A stretch of 64,000 nt of DNA, taken from the NCBI GenBank assembly GCA_043228905.1, contig JBHGNT010000021.1, positions 2,666,001 through 2,730,000 of the forward strand. The letters run 5' to 3'. The stretch is from Azolla caroliniana (taxonomy: Eukaryota > Plantae > Polypodiophyta). The notes under the pieces are model-generated. The model was not told where the DNA came from, ran no database searches, and saw nothing but the letters and a program-made list of their open reading frames with translations. Each line of letters begins with the position of its first letter. Within the stretch, counting starts at the first letter, position 1. The position numbers and the translations under genes were made by a program. Of this stretch, positions 36,213 to 46,983 are shown one piece after another.

Positions 36213-36645
36213 TGTTAACTCTTCGGGCCGGACAATGGCCTAACACAGGGTGTCTACGGGAGACACTTCACCAAAGGGTGTTACGGCAACCGGATTAGAC
36301 TTCAACGCTTAATCCGACTTAATCAAGTTACTTATTAAGATCGTCTTCATAACACGCGTAAGATATAACAATTAAGACAGAACGACAATTAACACAAAGA
36401 TATAACAACGCTTAAGCTTTCATTAATTAACCGCTAACTATTACATTGTATCCGGGCCTTTAAATAGGTTTCCGGTCTGTATTACAAAACGGTGCCATCC
36501 GCACCTGTTCGGGATCGGTCCGGATCCGGAACGGCATACCGATTCCGGTCCGTCCGTCCACACTCATAGCTTAATTACAACCACATTCCTACTACTTAAT
36601 TAGCTCTCCGTTTCCCACTCTGGACTCCTTTCCCGGCCGGTAACA
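36213..36645 (-). repeat. 5' LTR of the inner Ty3/gypsy element
   Basis: Direct repeat of 26853-27285, followed by TSD GTGCG. Confidence 0.95.
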
Positions 36646-37404
36646 GTGCGGGCCAGGACGCGGCAAGGGTGATCTTTTGGTGAGCTGCCGGGGACACCCA
36701 GTTAAGGAGCGGTGTGCCGAGCCGAGAAGGGGGCACACCCGAAAGCAGAACAGAAGACGTGCGTGTGGCCATCAAGGCCCAAAGCAAGCACAGGTACGGG
36801 ATAGTGTTCGGTACAGATAGTGCCGAACAAAGGAGGGCGGAAGACAACACACGGCGGTGCCGGAAACGAAAACACGCGCGTAGACGAACTACGCAGGATG
36901 GAGACCGGAAACAAGATCGAGACCCGATCCTCCACACCTGCTTCGAAGATCTCGGCGGCTCAAAAGGAGTGGCAACAATTGGCATAACGTACCAGACCTG
37001 AGACAACAAGCTGGTGGGGGCGAGGGGACGACGACGAGCGGAAGGCTCCAAACCAGTAGCAGCAGCGCGAGACGAAAGTGGCCAAGCGGGCTACAACGAG
37101 GTGTTCCTCGGACGCGGAGGACACCGGTACGCAGAGAGCAGAGCGTGCATACGGTCGAGGGAAGGGCCAACAATGAGGCACGCGTACTACGGGGTCGCAG
37201 CGAGCGACCTATTGGTGGGACGAATGAGCCTATGGAGAGGCAAGCAGCACAAGGATGAACCGGATCCGAGCAAAATGGATAGCGAGGACGACCGGTTCGG
37301 AGCGATTGGTGATCCGGAGGACGAAGGGTAGGTGCGGGCCAGTCTTCTCCGACAAGAGTATATTTTGGCACATACCAGTGGATGTGCAGTTAGGTGGGGG
37401 CAGA

Positions 37405-37757
37405 TGTCGTGGAGAAAATTGTCCCTAGGCGGAATCGAAGAATATCGGGAGAATCAGCGATGTGCACCATGTGCACTTACCATTGTAAAAACGTGTGAAT
37501 AGTAGGAGTCAAGTCGGGACAGAGAATCCCATGTAAGTCGAGATTTATCCCACATTGTAGCGCAACTCCCTCCTTGTTCTATAAAAGGAAGGGAGCGCCT
37601 CTTGTGAAAGGGTTGCCCATTTTTTAGTCGTAAGGGTATACCATTTTGTGCTTCCTTTCTAGGGTTAGTTACATTCTTTCCTTCTTTGTAGGTTAGCTTC
37701 TGCTCGGCCTCATGTGCAGGACCCCGCTCAGCGCGACGAGCCCGAGAGCTCCCCAAC
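37405..37757 (+). repeat. 3' LTR of the gag-only element
   Basis: Repeat of 23792-24284 preceded by a PPT; the terminal AACA is merged with or lost against the TSD AACGT. Confidence 0.9.
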
Positions 37758-37813
37758 GTAGAGCACAACACACGATCACGATGAGGCGAGTGGGCTAGAT
37801 CGAGCTACCAAAT

Positions 37814-38250
37814 CGCTCTGATACCCTGTAAAGAATCAAATATGATTCTTGTGAAGTGGAAGAGATGTGAGTTATGTGTGTATGTGTGAGAAAAGAGAGA
37901 AGAGGACAGAAACACAAGATAGATAAGAGACAATATGAAGTACTCAAGAAGAAGAAGGAGATGTATATTAACAAGTAGAATATGAGATACAAAAATAGTG
38001 TTACAAGGAGTCACAACCGACTTAGTATAAAGTATGAGGAGGGTGCTTTATATAGAGTCACCCTCTCTTCATTAACTTACAACAACCACTCTCTCTCTTG
38101 GGGAATGTGAAAACTCATTGTCATGGGGAATATGTAACTCATTAGTTATGTGTCATAGAATATGATTCTATGGCACGTAGTTAATGTGTAGAGAGTAGTG
38201 GTGTGACTCTTGACCTTTGAGTAATCATAGATTCTCAAAAGGTGTGTTCA
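37814..38250 (-). mobile_element. tRNA-iMet PBS plus adjacent LTR (probable 5' end of the host gypsy element); right boundary uncertain
   Basis: The minus strand reads ...CTTTACA g GGTATCAGAGC (canonical TGGTATCAGAGC-like PBS). The LTR edge is TGTAAAG at 37826 and a minus-strand CTATATAAAG lies near 38050. Confidence 0.6.
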
Positions 38251-38329
38251 CACGTTGTGCTATGTTGAGCTTGATTCTCAAAAACCTCCTAATAAATAGG
38301 GAAATGGTCTCAAGATCCCATAAATCGTA

Positions 38330-38960
38330 AAATTATCGTATAAAGTGATGTTGGTAAAAAAGAATCATCATGTGTCACATACATTCTATATAGCCAACTC
38401 CATGTATGTCAATGTTGTGCATATTGGAAGCTAAAATGTGGATCATTCCCATGCAACCACACTTATACATCCAACTTAAGAACCTCAACGAACAATGAAT
38501 CCCAAGTAGTTTGCTTAGGATCATCCATGATTGAATGTTGTCACGTTAATTGAGAGGCATCGACACACATGATAAAATCACCCATAAGTGATCACATGTA
38601 GCCCACAGATAGAGTTTGACGGAGTGAGCCCCATAATGCAATACGTTGAGTGGCTTGGTTAGGGGCATAAATCCCTACCAGCAATACAACTTGACCAAAT
38701 ATAAGTGATTTCTATAACCAAAAGCCCACCATACGGATCATTATGCATAACTTGAGGATAATACTTATCCCCCACAATTAATGCCACACATGAATAATGA
38801 TTATTAAGATATCTTGCAAAGAATGATGAATATGCACGTTAATGAATTGTGGACCCAACTAACTCATGACAGTTATGCTCAACCACACATACAACATATT
38901 GTTCTCTACTGAGCAAAGTTTGCAATAATATATATTTCATACATGAGGAGAACATGTCCC
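38330..38960 (-). mobile_element. Highly degenerate L1 endonuclease remnant (older L1 may extend to ~40400)
   Basis: Minus-strand VVCVVEH, LVGIYAPNQATQRIALWG...LMGDFIM and SWLYRMYV correspond to the LQEH, YAPN, GDFN and RLDR motifs. Confidence 0.6.
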
Positions 38961-41900
38961 TCTCACATTCCATTTTACCACTTTCATTCAATCAACAATG
39001 ATACGAGTGCACTTGCTCCGTCAGAGCAACTAATGCCATGAAACTAGTGTGCAAACGTGTTCCAATGCTACATATGGGTTTTCATACACCACATACTTAG
39101 GGCCATATACAAAAAACTTTTGTTAATGTCCTCCCACCTGACAAAAACCTTGAGGGTTCAATGGATTTACAACCCATCGCAATGAATAAAATTGAAATTG
39201 ATGGGGTAATCCCTTATCTCTAAATTTTTGTTGCCACGGAGCTTTTCGAGCTCCTTCCCTTGTTCCTAAACTACCTTGCCAAGTAGTAACACGAGTAGTA
39301 GGGAAACTATTATGTTGCATATTCATTTATTTCTCCTTTGACTTGCCATTTACATGGTGTCAATCTTTATCAATAATAATAGATACAAGCCCTATCAAAT
39401 GGTTTTCCCTCTTATATGTAAGTGCTAGACTTTGATGTACCATATCCTTAGATTGATTTCCCTTATTCCAAGCCCCAAAACTTTGAAGTGGGGCCTCTTG
39501 TACCTACTCCAAATGATGTTCCTTTATCCATAACAACCACAATATTGCAGACATCAAGATCTCTCCCAACTCCTTCCTTACGATTCCCTTCTTTAGGAAC
39601 CTCCATAGTCAAAGGACAATGACATTCGTATTCCACCTTAAAATGGCCCCATTCACCATATCCAACGCAATGACCTATAAATGTTTCCTACCTCAATCTA
39701 GTCTTTTCATACCAAATATGTCCCATGACACACAAAACTTGCCTCTTATGACTTGTATCCCACAACACACAAAACTTTGCACTTATTTGCAACATTTGTA
39801 TATGGGGATACCAACACTTTACTCATTTGACTCATCAACTACAGTAAAAAGGGGTCATAAAAAATATGCTTACAAACCACTACCACCCAAACGGGGCATT
39901 CCTATTTCAACAAAGTGTGATATTCCATTATGGGGAACCATTGCATTACATGCACCAACTGTTTATCAAAGAACACGGGAACTTTATCCAACAATGCATT
40001 TCAACATTCATGGGAATGAAATACAACATCATAAAACCCTTGTGGCTTGCATGTATATTCTCAACACAATGCAATGATATAATTGTGTTCAACCATTGTT
40101 TAGTCCAATTTACGAATGAATGTTTCCTAGTAAATAATAATATAACACAGGATCATAGAATACATCAAAAGACTGCAAAATTGCGTTAATATCAACATCC
40201 ACATCATGCATCCTCACCAATTCATTTTCTCATCTTCATGTATTGACTTAATATATGTCAAATTCTTCTCGTTGATTTCCTCAATACCCTTAAGTCTCTT
40301 AGAGCACCCCAATTCCTCACATGCACAATTATAATCTAACATAGTATTGCTCTTTGTTGGAGAAATTGTTTCCATATCAATGTCCCCACATATTGCGAGG
40401 AAGTCATGCTCATGTCCTCTATTGTTGATGATACATCAAACCGTGATAAGAGAGAAAACCAAACTCACCCAATTGAGGAGAACGATGTTGAAGAAGACAA
40501 TAGGAGGCCCAAACTCGTGTTGAGTAGGTTTATGTCAACAATGCTAGGTTCTTTATTTCTATTTCTGCTAACAATACAAATCACCACTTTAAACTTGCTA
40601 TAAATTGTTACGAAACTCGGATTAGGGGCTTTTTGACACTTGTTTTTGTGCAAACATTTGTTACCAATAGAAACCACATCAAGTGACAATCAAGAGTTTG
40701 AATCTCCATTTGTATGCATATATGAGAGGTGTAAGTTACCTTACCTTATATTCTCGAGATGACTAAAGTTTAACCGTTAAGCGGTATAATGATATATTCA
40801 AGTAATAAAAGTATTCAGTTTTCATTTCATCAGTGGCATTTATTCCACAAAATCAAGTGCTCTTTCCCCACCATCTCATTTACTTCTATAATCAAGCTCA
40901 TAATCATGATCAAGAACATTGTATTAGATTAATATTTCTTAACAATCTCTATTGCTTCAAATTTTCAATATTTAATCTAAGCTATGTAACGAAGTAAGTT
41001 TTTGCTTAAAATGCAAAAAATAACAAATCAAGTCTTTTAATTCTCTCATTTAGGATATGCCCACTTTCTAACATAAGCATATTCTAGTGAGTTTATAGGA
41101 CTTTCTTTTCCACTTTCTAATTATAGGTCAATTCAATGTAAAAACTCGTAATTGTCATAACTCAATTTTTAATTAATGCCAAATAGCATTTGAAAAACGT
41201 CACACACATATTTATTTATTTATTTATTGCATTTATATTGATAAGCTAGACTTATGCATACAATAATAATATTCTAGACAAGTTCTCTAGAACTTGGTGG
41301 ATTGTTTTGTTGCAAATTATGGTTAATTCTTTACTTTTGAATCCTCCATTATACAGTCTAAATAAAAACAATTTATCACATCATGTACACTCTTGTAAAA
41401 TTGATAGTCTTAGTTTGCATGATTTTTTTTCCCCAAAACTTAGTTTGTATGATTTGTATTGATAAAGCTTTTCCAATGTTTAAAAATGAAACACAAAATT
41501 ACAAGAGTCAATTCAATCAACTTGTCACTTGAATTGCATTATCAATGCCCTCTAATGTGCATGAATAAATTCCTATGAACTTGATAATGCTTGATTGTGC
41601 TAATTGTCTAATGTATTGTGTAAAGTCACAAATTTGCATTTTTGGGTTCCCTTATGTCAAATTTTACTGTACAACAAATTATGCATTTGAATTGAGGACA
41701 GTTGGTTAACTAGATTATTTTGGCTTTTCTAGATAGCATATGAGTAGGAGACTAATTGCAACTTATTGCCACCTAGTTCTTATTGTAAAATTTGCCATCA
41801 CCATATAAGACACCAACACTTGTATTATTGATTTTATAACCTCCAATACACACAAACCAAATTTGCATTACAGAGACATAAACTCCAACAAATGCACGAT

Positions 41901-44776
41901 TCATGAGAGTAAATTCTTTTACTGTCATTGAAATTATGAAACTAGAATTTCTCATTAACGGCTCAAGTTTTGGAAATTCATAATGGAAATCCCTATGCAA
42001 TTGATGAATAAGTAAACTTAGGGGTAATATGAGTACTAGCCTTAGATTTTTTTCTAAATAGTTAAAAAGAAAAAAACATATTCTTCATTAGTATAAATTG
42101 TACCTACATGACAAAATGATTAGGCTGACAACCTTATATAGCCGTGATAGATTTTTTCTAAATAGTTGTGCTACAAATGGCAAAATAGTGAGAACATCAA
42201 TAATTTCATTTCATAATTTAATCAAATACGTTAACCAATTGATTTTGTATTAATCTTGGAAAGTGCAAGCATGGTTTAATCAAAGGCCCAACTGAATTTG
42301 ATGATTCCCCAAATGAACTTCAAGAATATTTAGTAGAGAAAAAGGGGTTTGTAAAATGATTAAGCATAACTATCAGATGAAATTTTGTTTAATCTAGTTA
42401 TACAATGTCAATCACGTGCACATTTTAGTTAATGCCCGAAGGGAAGATTAGGAATTTGTTGAAGACAATGGATATGGAGTTGAAGCATGTTTTGAAGTTG
42501 GTTGCGACTTAAGCCAGTGTTGTGTAATATTTGTATCGTGTATGGAAACTCGATTAAAAATGACAAGAGGTTTTAGAAGTACAATAAGAGCTTCACATCC
42601 ATTTGAATTTGAATAATCAAAGGGGTCAAAATTAAAAAAGTATCACTTAATGAGGTTCATACAAATGGGAAGGAATTATGACATGCCCAATCAATTGGAT
42701 TTGTGACACAAAACACAATGGGGATAACCAAAATAGGAAAGTGCAAAGAGCTATATTTAACTCATTCTTTAGTACAAATGGTTGGATGGGAGAATCAAGC
42801 TCTAATGGTGTATATGATGCACACTCATAAGAATTTTACCAATTTTGTGGCACAGAGTGTGCAAGGGAGAAAACACTTAAAACTTAAGTTTCATAATAAG
42901 TGAAGGTTATGGTCAAAGAAGTAAATGCAATTGTTGATGAAATGGAAACAAATCAAGAGTAAAATAACTAGAGATAGCTTATGTGGAGAAAGCTACTCGC
43001 TTGGATGAGGCTTCGAATCCATTAGGGGCAATAAAAAGGGAAAGGTGATATATAATATACAACATATGGGAATGAAGAATATTGGAAAATGAAATGGGGA
43101 ATGCGACCTTCGTGAAAGTCGAGGTTTAGGGAACAAGTGACGACTCATGCTAAAAGTTTCTATTTTAGTGACGAGGATTCGTTAAATAGGATACAAAATA
43201 TAGCAAATCAAGAGGGCACATAAGAGATCAACTATAACAAAAGGCAATATGACTATTGATCATGGACTTGCTATGTTGAAACTCGAGGATCTCCTCCAGA
43301 AACTCTTTTGATCTCTGTACTTTTCATCATCTTTTAATATCTTAGATGTGATGTATTAGGGTTAATTATTGTAAAAGAAATTTTGGTTGTAGCTTGAATT
43401 CAGTGTTTGTTTAGGAGTTTATTGGAGTCGAAGGACTTTTTTTTAATTATTATGCATCAAAGATTTTTTATTTGATGAATGTTGTAATTTGGAAGATTGT
43501 AATGGTTCACTTATGATTTGTATTTGCTTGAGGATTGCTATAGTTTTTTGGATAGTTGGGCAAAATTCTATGTATAAAATTGTTTATTTTTGTGAAAGGT
43601 TGAATTTATTTTCCAAATATCTAAAGGTTCTACTCCACAACATCAAGCTTACTATGTGAGGGTCGTAATAGAATCTTCGGCTTGAAAATTTGAGCATTGA
43701 AGCAGAATTTACAAGCAATAGAACTCCAACCTGCATCTTCAAGAATGTAACCGCGCCCTTCCACTAGGTGATACTTGTTAACCGATGGGTCAAGGGTGAC
43801 AAGGTGTGAAACGAACAAAGGGAGTTGAGTACCACAGACAGCCAAACAAAGGAAGCCGAGTAGTGTAAAAAGGGCATACGAATACTATAAAAGCGAAGAT
43901 GCGGGAGCATGGAAGGGAGAGGATATATATATCGTCATTAGACTAGGATGAGAAAGAGTGTGAGTGCTTACTGACAATCGGTATTTGTATCTGCGTGTAT
44001 ACACTTTAATCGAATATACTTCTTGTGGGCAACTCAAGTGTTTGTTTTTAAGTCTAGTATATAAGTATTGTCTGTGTAAGAGTTGTATTCTAGGATCGAT
44101 TGTAGCCGATCTCACGGAAATACTTTGCTTTGTTCCGTGAGTCATACTCCATATAAGTGGGACGGTCTAAATAACGGCCTATAGGTCTCACTACTACAAG
44201 GAAATCTGTATACTCGGTGACGACTCAGAGAAAAGTCTTGACAGGGTGTTGTGACCCCAAATTCTTCTTTGCAACACAATACCTTGATCCGATTACCCAA
44301 GAGGAGTAATCAAAGGTGTTTCCTCCAAGAGGGAGTAACAATACTCATCCAAGGGCATCTTCAAGAATTTTAGAGCCTTTCCACTAGGTGATACTCATCA
44401 AAGGAGTGAAGGGAATGGAAGGTTCCTAAGCCATTTAGACATATGGATCTATGTGCCTAGGCCCTTCAGACCCAAGGAACTTATTTCCCAAACCCTTTGA
44501 GCCGAGACTTTGTTCATAAGACGTTTTGTTGGAAATCCATAGGCTCTAAGATGACACTTCATCTCAAGGTCTGAAGCCTAGAGATGAAGAAAGGTGGGGA
44601 CAAGAAGATAAATCAATCAAATAACATGGGGGGAAGTAGGAAGGACGAGGAGAGAAGAGAAAGCAAAGTGTTATGCCTCATGTTGTGCAATAAGGAACGA
44701 GATAGAGTTTCAGTTGGGACGAGGAGGTCATTTATTGCTACATCGCACAACTCCTATTGTTGTTGCAATTCATGAT

Positions 44777-45982
44777 TGTCGAATACGGGTATATAATGGA
44801 TGTATTCACACTATCTCATTTGGACACACTAGGTTTAGGATAATTCTGTAATTATAATAAAGGACAATTGCCCTAGTTCAGTTCATATATAAACTGAACT
44901 TATAACCTAGTTTGAACATTTGTTGTTGATAGTGCCATTTTGTATTGTAACTTCTGATATTTGAATAATACAGTTACTCTGCTTGTGCCTCTTGGTGTCT
45001 TTCTCTCTCCCTCTCTCTCTCACTCTATCTTGATTCTAGCTAAGTTGTATTAGTTACTGAATCTGTTCATCTTGTTGATCCTTTCTATTGTCATCAACTT
45101 GTTGTGGTTCATCACTGGTATTGTCCCTTGTTTTCACATATTGATGGTCCTAGGTTTCAACATTTGGTATCAAAGCTTAGTTATTGATTATGTTTCTTGG
45201 CCATCACCTGGCCCCAACAACATCTTTTATTACACCCCATTGAAGTTTTCCAATTGGTTATACTTGTTAAAATAGATTAAACTCAGATTTCAATCGGACT
45301 GAAATCTTCTGATAAGCAACCATTTGGAGATTCTGAGAAGAGGAAAACACCCTTTAGATTTGCACTTCAGTGAGCTAGATCACCTTTCAAGTAAGTCAGT
45401 CGGTTGTACTTCATTCTCATGGTCGTAGTTGCTTGAAGGGGAATCTCCATCAACCCGACACCATTTGTGCTCAATCTGGCTGAGTAGTATTCGGACAAGT
45501 TTGTTGGCGATGTCCACTCACTCGACAAGAATCAAGCATTTGGCTCTTAGACTCGGGTGGGTCGTACTATGTGACTCCTCACCGGTCTCAGTTCCAGCAA
45601 TATTTGGCCAGACATTCTGACTCAATCTGAATCGGAAATTCACAGCACTGTGCCATAATTGGCATCAACATGATAGGGCTTAACCTTTCGGGAGGCTCTA
45701 CTTTAGTACTACACAATGTCTGACATGTACCTGAGCTCTCAAGACCATTGATCTCCGTCAAACAATTGGACGAAGACGACATCTGTGTTGGCTTCTTGTC
45801 AACAGGGTGGACACTACACAGGGGGAACCTCTTGCTTGCTCGAGGGTTGAAGGTACACTCATTGTACCCACTATACGCCACTCTCAGAGAGGGTGACCCA
45901 TTTTTGGTAGATATCCTCGTGTCGTTGTTATGGCATGGCCAAGTTGAATATCTCAACAAAGCCGGTATTATGTTCTTTATTT
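44777..45982 (+). mobile_element. Ty1/copia remnant: LTR, PBS and degenerate protease / GAG-pre-integrase
   Basis: LTR-like segment TGTCGAA...TTTCAACA (44777-45162) and PBS TGGTATCAAAGC at 45165-45176. Translation LHNV*HVPELSRPLISVKQLDE...LARGLKVHSLYPL...LLWHG is the typical copia pol N-terminus. Confidence 0.75.
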
Positions 45983-45995
45983 AGAGAGAGAGAGA

Positions 45996-46188
45996 GATGT
46001 AGCTTAGTTGGTAAGATTGCCCAATGGAGACCAGGAGGTCATGGGTTCAACCCCTACATTCCACAGATACAGTGGTATCTCGTGAATTAAAAGAGATATG
46101 TATGAAGTATGTAATAGAGAGGTGAGATAATTGGGTTTCGAACCCAAGACATAGTGCTTGTAGTGTAACAACTTACCACTAGGGCAAG
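45996..46188 (+). mobile_element. tRNA-derived SINE-like element with two convergent tRNA-like heads (copy 1)
   Basis: Plus strand: A box TAGCTTAGTTGG (46000) and B box GGTTCAACCC (46044). Minus strand: GCCCTAGTGGTAAG (46185) and GGTTCGAAACCC (46144). An inverted second copy lies at 51655-51792. Confidence 0.6.
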
Positions 46189-46518
46189 GTACTTACAATA
46201 AAAACAAAGAAAGAGATTGAGATTATTCATTTGCTCTTAAAGAACATATGAATGGTTAAGTTTGATGCATAAAAGCCTCACTCTCAAGCCTATACATATG
46301 TTAATAGTTTACAATGTACATTGATCATCAATATCAATTTGCATTTCGTTTGCCAATAAAAAACTATTGTCTTGCTAGTTCTTCCACTAGATTATCGTTT
46401 AAGAATGACTTTTCAACAATATTCAATGCCAATAAAAAACTCGTCTAGCAAGTTCTACCACTAGATTATGTAGTATTATGATTATCATTTAACTACGACT
46501 TTCCAACGATATTCTGTG

Positions 46519-46946
46519 TTTTTTTTTCCCAAAAAAACACTACTTCGCATTAGTTAGCAAACAATTACATCATAGACCACCAAAAATTCAGCAACCCTCA
46601 CTCTCACCTTCTCACCAAAGTGGACATAGTCCCCACCTCATTTACAACAAAAGTATCCACAACTCCTATAACCTAGTAATTTGTACTATATCTATACATA
46701 GTTACAACACCTGTGCATTGATGGTGTTATAGGTTTTAGGGTTAGGGTTAATGGTAATGATGTTTATCGATGACGAAGATAGAAATGGTGGAATAGTGAA
46801 GATGGTGGAGAGTATGATGGTGAGAGAGATCATGAAGATGCAAGACAAGCATTGAGAAGCATTGCGGGGTGGGGGGTGGTGCCTAGAATGGCTCCACCCC
46901 CCTCCCAAGGGGGTTCAACGTTAAGGGGGGAGAGAGAGAGAGATGT

Positions 46947-46983
<37 letters not shown>

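Larger units (their letters stand above)
26853..36645 (-). mobile_element. Full-length non-chromovirus (Athila-like) Ty3/gypsy LTR retrotransposon with an extra 3' ORF
   Basis: 433 bp LTRs at 26853-27285 and 36213-36645 (TG...CA, 8 differences by manual count). Perfect TSD GTGCG at 26848-26852 and 36646-36650. gag-PR-RT-RH-INT lie on the minus strand. Confidence 0.95.
23792..37757 (+). mobile_element. Non-autonomous gag-only LTR retrotransposon (~4.2 kb own sequence), interrupted by the element at 26853-36645
   Basis: LTR pair 23792-24284 and 37405-~37757. TSD AACGT at 23787-23791 and 37755-37759. PPT AGGTGGGGGCAGA at 37392-37404. TGG-starting PBS-like site at 24291. Gag-like ORF present; no RT or RH motifs. 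Confidence 0.85.

Noticed and set aside
42100-43300. Purine-rich, decayed coding-like stretch
   Set aside because: No recognisable domain motif; too degenerate to call.
43730-44400. ~45 bp direct repeat (gcatcttcaagaat...ccactaggtgatact at ~43733 and ~44356) and LTR-like sequence between
   Set aside because: Probably TE-derived, but no TG...CA boundaries with a TSD, PBS or coding motif could be fixed.
45996-46060. Functional tRNA gene
   Set aside because: A and B boxes are present but no convincing cloverleaf or acceptor stem; it is part of a dispersed repeat, so it is treated as SINE-like.
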